Below, piece by piece: positions 1 to 11,828 of a stretch of 34,956 nucleotides of DNA. A program made the translations under genes and the position numbers. The number at the start of each line of letters is the position of its first letter. Within the stretch, counting starts at the first letter, position 1. The notes under the pieces were generated by a model, which ran no database searches, was not told the DNA's origin, and worked only from the letters and a program-made list of their open reading frames with translations. This DNA comes from Folioceros fuciformis (taxonomy: Eukaryota), in the NCBI GenBank assembly GCA_049999805.1, contig JBNGIO010003097.1, positions 1 through 34,956 on the forward strand, written 5' to 3'.

Positions 1-65
1 ACATAAAGCACATAGGAATTGTTCCTCTTAGGATGCCGAATGGTCAGTAGAAGAGTCTGCAAGAT

Positions 66-3000
66 GTGTTGCATGTTCCAACCATTACGAAGAACCTGTT
101 GTCTGTTGGACAGATGGCTGAACAAAATCTGCAGGTTCTATTCAATAAAGATGGATGCTTTATTGAAGAATATGACAGAGGCCGCAAACTGATTGCTAAA
201 GGTAGTAGGAATGGACGGATGTTCACTCTGGATGCATCCATTCCAGAGCTAAATGCAGCAATGTTTGCAAATGATGCAGGTGCCATACGTGATGTTGAAA
301 TATGGCATAAGAGGATTGGGCATGGGAACATAGAGAAGCTGAAATCTATGCAACAGAAAAGTGTGGTGGAAGGATTGCCCAAGTTCAAGTATGCTGATCT
401 TGGTCATGTGTGTTCTGCATGTTAATTTGGAAAACAGTCAAGGTTTCTATTTGTGCGATACGTGCAGAACAGCTCGAGACCTTTGCAATTGATACACTCT
501 GATGTATGGGGTCCTTCACAGAATGCATTGTTTGGAGGAGCCCACTACTATGTCTCCTTCATTGATGATTTCAGCAGGTACACATGGCTGTACATACTGA
601 AGCATAAGGATGAAGTGTTCGAGTCTTTCAAGGACTTCAAAAAGCATGCTGAAAATGAATTCAGCTGCTCCATCTCTTGTCTAAGATCAGATGGAGGGGG
701 AGAATATGTCTCAAATGAGTTTGACAGGTATCTTGCAAATCATGGTATACGAAGACAGCTGACTTGCAAATACACACCACAGCAGAATGGTGTTGCAGAG
801 AGGAAGAACAGGGTAGTCATGGAAACAGCAAGGGCAATGCTGAATGAGAAGTGCTTACCTAATGATTATTGGGCAGAAGCAGTGATGACAACAGTGTATG
901 TACTGAATCGAACTCCTACGGCAGGAATTCATGATGCTACACCAATTGAGAGACTATATGGCTATAAGCCGAATATTAGGCACCTGAAAGTGTTTGGGTG
1001 CATTGCATATGTGCATGTGATGAGAAGCGTAGGAAGCTGGATCCTAAAGCAGTGAAGAGTGTTTTTCTGGGGTATGCACGAAATAGGAAGGCATATAAGT
1101 GTTTTGTGCCATCCACACATGAGATCCTGATAAGCAGGGATGTGGTATTTGATGAGTTAGCCTCCCGGTATAGCAACTCAGTTGCACTACCCTATGACAA
1201 ACCCACAGGGGAGAGTACAGTTAAGAGTACTCCAGCAAAGAGTGAGGATGTGACTAATGGTGGATCACCAACGGTGAATCCATGGTATGGAAGACTACGG
1301 AATTGTTTAAATCGAAGACCACTGACCCGGATATGTCAGTGAGGGGGAGAGTAGAAAGCAGCAAAACTGGAAATGATAGATATGAATCCTCAAGTAGTGA
1401 GAGCATTGACAATGAGTTTGGCATTCCATCTGTGGAAACGCCAGGTGCTAAGGAGCAACAATATGCAAGGCAGGTTCAAAATGAACCAAGACCAAGGAGA
1501 TCTGAGAGGGTTAGGAAACCCATTGACAAGTACACCTATACAAGCTACAATGCGCAACATTATGCGTATATGACAAGGGTCACAGCTTGTAAGGAGCCAA
1601 CCAAGTTTGCTGAGGCAGTGACAGATGATAAGTGGTGGCAAGCCATGGATGAAGAATACTCAGCATTAGTTGAGAACGAAACATGGGATTTGGTTCAAGT
1701 GCCTGATGGCAAGGTTCCTATTGGTTCTAAGTGGGTGTACAAGCTGAAGTTAAAGTTTGATGGAACGCTGGAGCGTTACAAGGCCAGGTTGGTTGCAAAG
1801 GGATATGCACAACAGTATGGTCTTGATTATGAGGAAACCTTTAGTCCAGTAGCCAAGATGACAACTGTAAGGACAGTCATAGCATTAGCAGCAGCTAAAG
1901 GATGGAAGTTATGGCAAATGGATGTCAAGAATGCCTTCTTGAATGGTGAGTTGCAGGAGGAAGTGTACGTGGAACAGCCTGAAGGCTATGTTCATCCTAA
2001 GTTTCCAACATACGCCTGCAAACGGAAGAAGGCATTGTATGGACTCAAACAGGCACTTAGAGCATGGAATGCTCGTATCACAAGCTATTTGAAGGAGCGA
2101 GGGTTTGTCATTGGAGACGCAGATCACGGTCTGTTTGTAAAACATACTAAGGTAGGACAAGTGTGTCTTGTCATTTATGTTGACGACCTGATCATAACAG
2201 GAGATGATGCAGATGGTATTGCAGATGTCAAGGCGAATTTGCAAAAAGAGTTCAAGGTGAAGGATCTTGGTGAACTCAGATACTTCTTAGGAATTGAGGT
2301 TGTGTCTACACCTCAAGGAATCTGGCTATTCCAAAAACAATATGCTAAGGATATGTTGCAAAAGTATGGCATGGCAGATTGCAAAGCGATGGATACACCA
2401 TTGGAGCAGAACGTCAAGTTGCAAATGGATGTAGGAGCTGAGCTGGAAAATGTGACTATGTATCGACAGATGGTCGGAAGTTTGATCTACTTGACTATCA
2501 CACGTCCTGATTTAAGTTTTGCAGTGGGACTAATTACTCAATTCATGCAGAACCCAAGGAAACCGCACTTGGATGCAGTTAGAAGAATCATGAGATATGT
2601 GAAAGGAACAACTGAGTTTGGATTACTCTATGAGCATAGGAAGCATCTTGAACTGACAGGATATACAGATGCTGATTGGGCTGGTTGTGCGTATGACAGA
2701 AGATCAACTAGTGGATATGCATTCAGTCTGGGAATTAGTATGATCAGCTGGCAAAGCAAGAAACAACCGACAGTTGATTTGTTAAGCACAGAAGCGGAGT
2801 ATCGAGGAGCTGCAATGGCAGCCTGTGAAACAGCTTGGTTGCAGAAGTTGCTACATGATCTTGGAAATATAGTGAACAGCAAGGTTACAACCTATTGTGA
2901 CAACATGAGTAGCATGAGGTTGGCTATTAATCCTGTGTTTCATGCTCGTTCGAAGCACATAGAAGTACATTATCATTTCATCAGGGAAGCTGTATTATCT

Positions 3001-3123
3001 GAGAAGATAGATCTTCGGCACGTGAAGACCGAAGACCAGGTAGCAGATATCTTTACTAAGTCACTAGGTAGAGATAAGTTCTTACACTTTCGTGAACTAC
3101 TTGGAGTGTTACAAATAGTCTGA
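66..3123 (+). pseudogene. Copia pol polyprotein (integrase-RT-RNase H), disrupted
   Basis: Split across ORFs 66-425, 453-1055, 998-1342 and 1282-3123. In-frame TAA at 423-425 inside the conserved C-x2-C-x-FGK motif; frame changes near 450, 1017 and 1300. Confidence 0.92.
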
Positions 3124-3127
3124 GCTT

Positions 3128-3136
3128 GAGGGGGAG
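3128..3136 (+). promoter_or_regulatory. Polypurine tract of copia element 1
   Basis: GAGGGGGAG just after the pol stop and directly before the LTR-start TGTT. Confidence 0.9.
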
Positions 3137-3397
3137 TGTTAGAAATCAAGCTCTAACTGAATTGTTACTAAGAGCATACAACACTTAGGATAGTGTAGAT
3201 TATCCCATGTTGAACTCGTAGTTATCTATCACCTAAGTGTTATCAGGATATATCAGGATATACTAGGATATTGCACCCTCGAGACTAAGGCTTACCTTAT
3301 CGAGGGTTGCCCCGCCTGAAGGCTATATATGTAGCATCCTGTGCACCATAAGTAAGGAACTGTGGAGTCCTTCTAGGCCTGTGGTGCTATTTCAACA
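3137..3397 (+). repeat. 3' LTR of copia element 1 (261 bp)
   Basis: Starts TGTT after the PPT and ends AACA (terminal inverted repeat); TATA-like CTATATAT near 3323. The 3' end is supported by the partial copy at 4158-4297, which stops at the same point. Confidence 0.85.
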
Positions 3398-3868
3398 GCA
3401 GTCCTGTAAGCCCACGGCCTAGATCGCAAGGAGCCAGCTCACCAACCGACCCATCACACGTGTTGCCTACGAGTCTTTGCTGGGCAGCGGTATCGCACTG
3501 CTCGGATCTGGCACTTGTCCCCACCCAATGATCGTGCTCAGCATCGGCTCTAGACCTCGAGGGAACTTCCACTTGCCCTTGCTAATCCACTTTCGTGAGG
3601 ACCCACGGCCCGCTTGGGCTGATCCAGGCTTTCTGTGCCTGTGCATGTCTTCGGCGATGCTGAGGGGATGCTCTTGAGCAATCCTATAAGCCCGCGGCCT
3701 GGATCACAAGGAGCCAGCTCACCTACCGCCCCATCACTCGTGTTATCTGCAGGTCTCTGTTGATCAGCTGCGTCACACTACCCCGATCTTGCCCCTGTCA
3801 CCAACCAGTGGTCTTGAGTAGTATCGGCTCTTAACTTCGAGGGAGCTTCTGCCTGCTCTTGTAACTCC
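3398..3868. repeat. Diverged direct repeat, period 280 bp
   Basis: 3398 GCAGTCCTGTAAGCCCACGGCCTAGATCGCAAGGAGCCAGCTCACC aligns with 3678 GCAATCCTATAAGCCCGCGGCCTGGATCACAAGGAGCCAGCTCACC; similarity continues for about 190 bp. Confidence 0.85.
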
Positions 3869-4157
3869 AAGCTTTCTTTTGGACCCGAGACCCTCTTGGA
3901 CTCGCCGAACACCTTGAGCTACACAACTATGGAGACCACATGGTAGATAGGCCTCTTAGAAAATGGGTGATATTTGTTTTTTTGGAGTTTTGATAGAATT
4001 CCTTGAGGACATAATTAGGAAACTATGTTAGATAGGGCTAGATTAGATATGATGATCAGGGGATAGTGGTGGTGCAGTTTAGAAAGGCAAGAATTGTCTA
4101 GCTGACTCGCGGTGCAAAGTAGGGGATGCTTGTGGAGAAGGGTGCCGGCGTGTGCGA

Positions 4158-4297
4158 ATATACTAGGATATTGCACCCTCGAGACTTAGGCTTACCTTAT
4201 CGAGGGTTGCCCCGCTTGAAGGCTATATATGTAGCATCCTGTGCACCATAAGTAAGGAATTGTGGAGTCCTTCTATGCCTGTGGTGCTATTTCAATA
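4158..4297 (+). repeat. 5'-truncated second copy of the element-1 LTR
   Basis: Near-identical to 3258-3397 at an offset of exactly 900 bp; ends TTCAATA versus TTCAACA. Confidence 0.92.
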
Positions 4298-5656
4298 GCG
4301 TAGGCATACCCTTTGGTGTCTAGTACCGAAGAGGTACAACTCTTCAGACACAGGCTATGAAAGCCCACCTCTTGTAATCAATTTTATCAATTAGTAAAGC
4401 ACTATCTTTGATCAAACGCTTCTACAAAGCACTACTAACTAAGCATATAAATATTGGAAAGTAGCTTTGCTTTCTCGACAACACTGCTTTAACATTTTAT
4501 GTGTTTATCTTTTACTAGACTCTAGCAATTCGTGATTCAAAGCCATTGCTGTAGCAACTACGAATGGAAGATGAACAAATCTCAAGGGCATACAACGCAC
4601 CCAAAGCTAATAAAATCTTCTCTCGATGGCCATCATATAGCATTGTCGGTTCTATGCCCTCATGGCTATCCACAGCCTCCTTTGCATGAATTTAGGAAGC
4701 TATCTCACTCTCCTCCCCTTCCATGCCATGTAGGACCCTTCTCAACTATTGTGGCCTCGTAAGAAAATAGTCTATTAGATAATAATTGTGTGTGTACATA
4801 GGCTTCCTATTGAGCAACAAGCTTATCAAGCACCATTATGGGATTATAACAAATTTACTTTGAGGGATACTATAAACATAAGATGTAAACACTTCATCAT
4901 AAACCGTGATGCCAAGACTGTGATGTTTGAAAAAGGAGTTCGGTCAAGAGTACTACTAAATGTCTGTTAAATCCTAGTCATCACCTCAAAGTTATATCTA
5001 GCTACTAGCTCGTGGTAAGTGCTTCATGGCACTGTCGTGATCAATACTTCATGGCATTGATAGATTTGTCATACTGTAAACCGGGCCTAAGCCATTCGTT
5101 TGGTCTAGCCTAATCCGATTCACTGAGGACAACGTAAGCGACTCATCCTGTCCGGATTAGGGCTGTCCATTTGGTCTAGCCTAATGGCAGCATATCAAGC
5201 TTGGTCTCGGCCCCGCAAGTGTAAAACCAATTTTGGGACAAGATCTTAATGAAAAGCCCGATCCCGAGCTTCGGTTCCCATTTCTTTTTTTGGAGGTGGC
5301 CAGTTCCAGAAAAGCCCCAGTCCTCCTTAAATAAAATAAAATGATATAGTTAAAGCTGGGGAGAGTAGCCTCCTTGTGGAATACCGATAGTGACATACAG
5401 TCCTCCATTAGGTTTTTTTTGTTTTAACCATATGTTTTACGTGAATGTTCTAAAGCATCTTCCATGTACATACGGATTTTAGGGCTCCACGTCACATTAC
5501 GAGCTACCATACACTACAATTTTTCTTTTTTTTTCTGTCATTGTCACTTCGATGGATTGATAAGAACCTTGAAGAATCTTCTTTGGAGGAAATCGTGGAA
5601 GCGGGATGAGCACCAAACCCAGCCTCTGTTAGTGGCGCAAGCAAGCCTATGTACAC

Positions 5657-5869
5657 TGTTGATTATTTAATTAATACTTATAGAGCATTGTATATACGTA
5701 GGGCATCGTTCATAACCCTAGATGAATGTTAGTTGGTAGTTGTAACCGTTTTAATGTAGCCAGGACATATTGCTTGTTTCCCTCAACCTTTTTGACAAAT
5801 CTATATATACACATCTTTGCCCTCGGTGTCATGGGTTGCTCAATCTGCCATGAACCTATAAACGGAACA
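5657..5869 (+). repeat. 5' LTR of copia element 2
   Basis: TGTTGATT...GGAACA, 213 bp, matches 12073-12285. Confidence 0.97.
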
Positions 5870-5882
5870 TGGTATCAGAGCC
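5870..5882 (+). promoter_or_regulatory. Primer binding site (tRNA-iMet)
   Basis: TGGTATCAGAGCC directly after the 5' LTR; the canonical plant initiator-Met PBS. Confidence 0.95.
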
Positions 5883-5997
5883 CTGTGGCCTGATCGCCTG
5901 GTTCTGCTATGCATAGGCAGTTTGCTTCTTTGGTGTGTTTGTAAATTGCTTGTTTTTCTGATGGCAATTTGTCTCAAACCCTAGCACACAAGGCAAG

Positions 5998-6471
5998 ATG
6001 CTTCGCAGGCAAATCTGCGAGCATTCTTGGCCAGATCTTGATAAGGGAAAAGGAAGACGCTATTCTGAGCCTGACTTTGAGAAGCTATATTATAAGAAGG
6101 CAACATCTGCTGCCGAAATCGAAGATAGAGCCCAGTTTCTTGGCGCATTTCTTGACTCACAAACATCTGCAGCAAACAGCCGTGCATCAGCATCTGATCC
6201 TGGACAACTATTCAACGTTCAACCAAACTCTCAACGTCAGCAGAAATCCAGAACACGTCCAGAAGTTTTTACAGAACATCAGGCTATTCTTAACTCAATC
6301 CTGAATATCAAGACAACTGTTCTGGAATACACATCTCGAATAGATATTGTTCTAATTAGGCAGGAGCAACTTGAAAGGCTGAGAATTTCAGACCTCATGA
6401 CGATGGCAAAGCAAGAGAGCGACATTAGCAGTCTCAGGGAGTAAATTGCTCGCCTGTCTGCACCAAACTAA
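5998..6471 (+). CDS. Extra ORF upstream of gag (ORF0), unknown function, C-terminal coiled-coil-like segment
   Basis: 148-codon ORF 5998-6444 in the leader, same frame as gag; extends to the TAA at 6469-6471 if the TAA at 6442-6444 is a mutation. Heptad-like C-terminus (...RQEQLERLRISDLMTMAKQESDISSLRE). Confidence 0.55.
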
Positions 6472-6495
6472 TTTGTTCTCGGCTCTGCAGGCATC

Positions 6496-9400
6496 ATGTC
6501 AGGATCAACTAATCTTGACTCAAGATCAGACCGGTTGCAAGATAAGGACCGGCTGACTCCGAGTAATTTCGATGCCTGGAGCTTTAGGGTGCGCTGCATC
6601 CTTGAGGAGAAATTGCTGATGGAAGTGGTTGATGGCAATGTTCCCAAAAAGGTGACTGGTCAGCCATCTAGAACCATGACACCGAACGGGGTAAATCAAG
6701 TACCCTGGACAAGAAAAGATGAGCTTGAGTGGACATACAAAGACAAGAAGGCACGTACCATTCTGGTGGCCTCTGTCTCGCAGGAAATGATTCCTCATAT
6801 AAAGTTGACGCAGTCTTCAAATGAAGTCTGGTCACTGTTATCAGAAACCTATGAGTCGAAGGATATGATAAACTGAAACTGAAGGTTTCAGTTTCAGCCT
6901 TGAGGTAGCTGCAACCCTGCAATTTCAGACACTTCGTATGAGAGAAACTGATTCTGTTGAGAGTCATGTTCCTAAGTTTAGGGCTGCTAGAGCCAAACTA
7001 GCTTCTTGCGGAGTGATCACAGCTGAGTCAAGAGCAGCAGTACAATTATTGCTCTCTCTCCCACCAAGCTTTGAACAGTTCAGTGCTAGCATCCAAACAT
7101 CAGCAGTTGTCACCCTTGCTACAGCAACCACTCCTTCCTCATCTAATCTTACTGTTCAGAAGGTCGTAGCAGCCCTTTTACAGTTTGAAGCAAACAAAAA
7201 GCATATGAAAGGAGGTAGTTCTTCTGCGTCACATAGACAGAGTGACTCTGCCCTCTTCTCTGGGAGGGGTAGAGGACATGGCAGGGGGAGAGGTAGAGGC
7301 AGAGGGGGCTTTGGGAGAGGTAGAGGTCAGTTTCAGCCTTCTACCCCAGCTAGTTCACATCCCAATTCCAATTCCTCGTCTACCACCAAATCAGGAAATT
7401 GTAACTACTGCGGCAAACCTGGTCACTGGATAAAAGATTGTCATAAAAGAATCAGAGATGAAGGCGCTAAAGGCAAACATCCTGCTGAGGCTCATACTGC
7501 TCGAGCCTCCACTCCAAGACTGCTAGTTGCGTGCCTTACCTCATCTAGAAAGGACTGTCAGAGATGGTATCTGGACAGTGGAGCTTCGAACCATATGTGT
7601 TCTAGGAGAAAGTCCTTCATTACGTATGAAGCTTTTCCGACATGTCACCAGACAGCTGTTGTGTTAGGTGACAACTCGACAATTCCAATAAAAGGAACAG
7701 GCACAATACAAGTTACCTTACAGGATGGTAGTTTTCTGCTTTTGGAGAATGCTTTACATGTTCCTGCCATTACCAAGAATCTTGTTAGTACAATGGCACT
7801 TGGGAAAACTAACAAGTATAGAATTACATTCGAAGGAGTGGAGTGTACCATTTATAGGCTGACAGCACCTTCAGTCATCATTGCTCGTGGGAAACCACAG
7901 TTCGATCTGTATCTGCTGGATTTTGTCTCAAACTTACCATCGAATGAGTTTTCTGCACCTGCCACCAGTACGAATGTTATTAAGCAACCTTCAAATGCCT
8001 TTAAGTGGCATTGTAGACTTGGACACCCGAATATCAAAGCTATGAGGCGACTGTTGAAGGAGAAAATGGTAACAGGTTTTGTTGAGGGTGAGTTACCTGA
8101 TCTTGACTTATGTGTTGCCTGTGTCCATGGCAAACAGTTTAAGTCACACTTTGGCAGCGGAAATCCTCGTAAAGCTACAGAATTGCTGGATCTGGTTCAT
8201 ACCGATATTTGTGGACCAATGTCAGTTACCTCATGGGGAGGAGCTCGGTATTTTGTTGTATTTGAAGATGACAGATCCCACTTCACTGTCACTGAGCTCC
8301 TTTGTCACAAGAGTGAGGTGTTCTCCAGCTTTAAGCGTTATCTGGCATATGCAGAACGACAAACAGGCTTTAAGCTTAAGTGTATTCGTTCGGACAATGG
8401 GAAGGAGTACCTTTCCAATGCTTTTCAAGAGTACTGTCAGGAGAAGGGGATTACCAGGCAGTTGACAATCCTGTATCATTCTGACATGAATGGGCGTGCT
8501 GAACGCCGCCACAGGACTATTCAAGATGCTGCAAGGTCACTTCTTTATCAAGGGAGGCTGCCAATACGCTTCTGGGCAGAAGCTGTCCAGGTAGCCACTT
8601 ACTTGCAGAATAGGTCAGCTGTTTCTTCCTTACAGGGTATCACACCTTTTGAAGCCTGGACAGGAAGCAAACCCGATTTGTCACATCTTAGAGTCTTTGG
8701 CAGCACTGCATATTCGCACATTCCTGATCAGCTACGTCATAAGTTTTCTTTTAAGTCTAAAAGACACATCTTCATAGGATACACTCCGGGTATTCATGGC
8801 TACAAATTGTTCGAACCTGTCACAAGGAAGGTGATCCATGCAAGGACTGTTGCGTTTGATGAACGTCTTGTACTGTCCGTTCCTTCCCACTCCTTTAGTG
8901 ACTTTCTCGACGAAGAAACTGTTGAACTTGAGCACTCTGTAGATGCAGGGGAGGAACCACAAGATATCATTAGTTTTCCCGACATAGACCCTTCTGATTT
9001 AGTACAAGATCTTGCACAACTGCCCTTACCGCCTGCTAATCCCAACCCTGGCCAATCCCCGCCAGCCCCTGATGAGAGGTCGTATGGAGATGATCAGCCT
9101 CCCTTGCTCCCACATGATCAGTCAGATGTTGTTGATGATCCTGTCCGCCCTGTCCCGTTACATGATGAGCTGTCTGAGGCCTGGTCTGTGGATGACCCCG
9201 TGGAGTATGTTATTCCTGTCCCTCAGCCAGAACCCCCTAGGCGCTCTACCCGAATTCGGAGACCACCAGAACAGTGGAGAGAGCTTCCTTACAGGAGTGA
9301 AGATTTCAAGAAAGTACCTCGTCCCCATGGTTCTGGCTCTGATGAGGTAGTTGTCGACATGGTGAATCTTTCTCTCAATCCAGGCTATGAGCCTTCTACT

Positions 9401-10993
9401 TATGTTGAGGCCATTAGCGGACAAGACGCTACACACTGGAAAGCGGCTATACAGTCGGAGTATGACTCCCTTATACAAAACAACACGTGGGAGCTCTGTC
9501 CTCCGCCTGTGGGGAGGAAGATAGTTACCTCAAAATGGGTGTTTAAACTCAAATACAAAGCTGATGGAAGCATAGCCAGGTACAAGGCTAGGTTAGTAGC
9601 CCGTGGTTTCTCACAAGTCCCTGGTTTAGACTATCATGACACCTTCTCCCCTGTTGTAAAGGCTCAGTCCCTGAGAGTTCTGTTTGCTATGTCTGCTTTC
9701 TTTTCCCTGCACATCCAGCAAATGGATGTTAAAACGGCATTCCTACATGGGAAATTAGAGGAAGAGATCTTCATGCAGCAGCCTGAGGGATATGAGCTTA
9801 CCGGATGTGAGGATTGGGTGTGTAAGCTCTTGAAGACCTTATATGGTCTCAAACAGAGTACTCGTGCGTGGTACGAGTGCATAGATGAATTTTTGATAGG
9901 TCTAGGCTTCCTTAAAAGCGTTGCTGACACAAACGTGTATCTTCTGCAAGAGAAAGGTGGTTTTGTTATTTTGGCACTCTATGTAGATGATTGTATTTTG
10001 CTGGGAACACACATGGAAGGGATTACCCGTGTTAAAGGTCTGCTGTCGGGTCGTTTCGACATGGTGGATGTTGGAGAGCTTTCCTGCTGCCTTGGAACTC
10101 AGCTTCAGAGAGACACTGTCAGCGGAACATTGTCAGTTCATCAAGAAAAGTACATTTATGATATGTTGTTCAAGTATAAACTTACTGAAGCCAAGACAGC
10201 TCCCAATCCTCTTGAAGCTGGTTGCAAGTTGTCTGTTCAACAGTCTCCACAGACTGCCCAAGAGAAGCATGAGATGGAGGCTGTGCCATACGCACAAGCA
10301 GTGGGGTCACTCATATTTTGCTCAAATCACACTCGACCAGATGTTGCTCTGCCAGTTAGTTTGGTGTCCCAATACCTGAAGGAGCCAGGCAGAGCCCATT
10401 GGTCAGCAACCAAGAGAATTCTGAGGTATCTCAAAGGGACTAGTGGCCATGGAATTCACTACACAAGACGAAGCGATGGAGAGGAAGACCTTACCCTCAT
10501 AGGATACTGTGATGCTGACTGGGCAGCGGACCAAGACACGAGAAGGTCAGTTTCCGCCTATGCCTTCTTGCTTGCAGGTGGAGCAGTTACATGGTCGTCG
10601 AAGAAACAAACAACTGTTTCCTTATCTTCCACCGAAGCAGAATATTCTGCTCTGACTCAAGCTGCGAAGGAAGCAATCTGGCTGCGACGACTCCTAGCGG
10701 ATTTGGGTCAGGAGCAGCAGAGTCCCACAATTATGTATTGTGACAACTAGTCTGCCCTTGCTCTAGCTCGGAATCCAGTTCACCATGCCCGGACTAAGCA
10801 CATAGAAGTGCATCACCACTTTGTGAGGCATGCAGTTGAGACCAAACAGGTGAGGTTAGAGTATATTCCAACTGAGCAGAATGCGGCAGATATACTTACC
10901 AAAGCATTACCTAGGTTGAAGCACCATCAATTCAAAGAGTCTTTAGGAGTCTTAAGTCCACTTCACGTCACAGACAAGTCCAGTCGTAAGTGA
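6496..10993 (+). pseudogene. Copia gag-pol polyprotein with two lesions
   Basis: Gag N-terminus (LTPSNFDAWSFRVRCILEEK), RG-rich tract, CCHC knuckle CNYCGKPGHWIKDC, protease WYLDSGASNHM, HHCC (WHCRLGH...CVAC), integrase (HTDICGP, RSDNGKEY, NGRAERR), RT YVDD, RNase H CDADWA. Disrupted by a frameshifting insert at ~6874-6901 and a TAG at 10748-10750 (YCDN*SAL); the frame continues to 10993. Confidence 0.95.
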
Positions 10994-11270
10994 GGAAACT
11001 ACTGTGAGGCTGATAAGTAGGTATCAAGGTCAGAAACTTATGCTACTTTCTAAGTCCTACCTACTAGTGCCAGCCTATGATGATCCCTTGTCTTCAGAAC
11101 TGGAAGGTGACAGGAATTTAGATCTGCCTCTCCTGTCTGCCTGTTGCAGGCCAACAAAATTGGGATCAAAGTCTGGCCCTTCGTCACTGGTCTCTTCGTC
11201 TGTTTCATCAGTCTAGTTGACACCAGCCTCCTCAGCCATCCTCTCCCTGGATACTGTTGCCATAATCGAA

Positions 11271-11828
11271 TCATTTGGTCAGAACTTTACTGCAGCAGGT
11301 CACACCATGACAATAGTGGGAGTAGCATAGACAAGCTGCGAATTTTGTCATACCGTAGAAGGAGATGAAGTTCCCGTCGTGGCCTCCCCATCTCCACCAA
11401 TTCTGCCGAAACATCATGATTTTAGTTGTTGGGCAGATGTACACCTCCGGCGTTCCAGGGTCGTCAACACCGTCACCGTCAGTGACTACTCTTCTTCCCT
11501 GGTACAGATGCCCTGTCGGAAGCTTGTACTCCCGAGCCTGGAAGTCCTCTGGCAGCACAATCTGGTCAAGACCTTCAGTTAGCTTCTCAGTTCTAGTTTT
11601 CCCATAGTTGAAGGAGCGAGGAGCAGAATTAGAGGTCGAAGCACCAGCTCTCCTTAGGTCAGAGACTTCCTTGGCCAGCTTCTCTTCCCTCGCCTTCGCT
11701 TCCCGTAGTAGTTTCTGCCAGTATTTGGCTCCACCTCTGTCAGCCACTCTCCAAGCAGGTTCCCCATCAGGATGGACCGGACACGGCGGCAGATCTGCAG
11801 CAGGACATGAGCAGATTTTGTGCCTCAT
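11271..11828 (-). CDS. Antisense ORF between pol and the 3' LTR, with a Cys/His motif and coiled coil
   Basis: 185 aa from ATG; the frame stays stop-free for 72 more codons upstream (to 12044). Contains CSC-x7-CPVH, KLLREAKAREEKLAKEVSDLRR and a Cys/His-rich C-terminus. Confidence 0.55.
   Translation of the reverse strand: MRHKICSCPAADLPPCPVHPDGEPAWRVADRGGAKYWQKLLREAKAREEKLAKEVSDLRRAGASTSNSAPRSFNYGKTRTEKLTEGLDQIVLPEDFQAREYKLPTGHLYQGRRVVTDGDGVDDPGTPEVYICPTTKIMMFRQNWWRWGGHDGNFISFYGMTKFAACLCYSHYCHGVTCCSKVLTK

Larger units (their letters stand above)
1..3397 (+). mobile_element. Ty1/copia LTR retrotransposon 1 (5' part outside window, decayed)
   Basis: Copia domain order: GAG-pre-integrase (WHKRIGH...CSAC), integrase (LIHSDVWGP, LRSDGGGEY, QNGVAERKNR), RT (YKARLVAKG, YVDD), RNase H (DADWAG, TEAEY, DQVADIFTK). 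Followed by a PPT and a TG...CA LTR. Confidence 0.96.

Noticed and set aside
423-1342. Programmed frameshifting or readthrough in copia element 1
   Set aside because: Several lesions fall within conserved integrase-region motifs, which indicates decay rather than recoding.
4300-5650. Short ORFs in the inter-element region
   Set aside because: AT-rich, under 80 aa, with no motifs or splice-consistent gene structure.
11271-11828. env-like gene (Sirevirus-type)
   Set aside because: The ORF is antisense, has no evident signal peptide or transmembrane helix, and the LTRs are very short.
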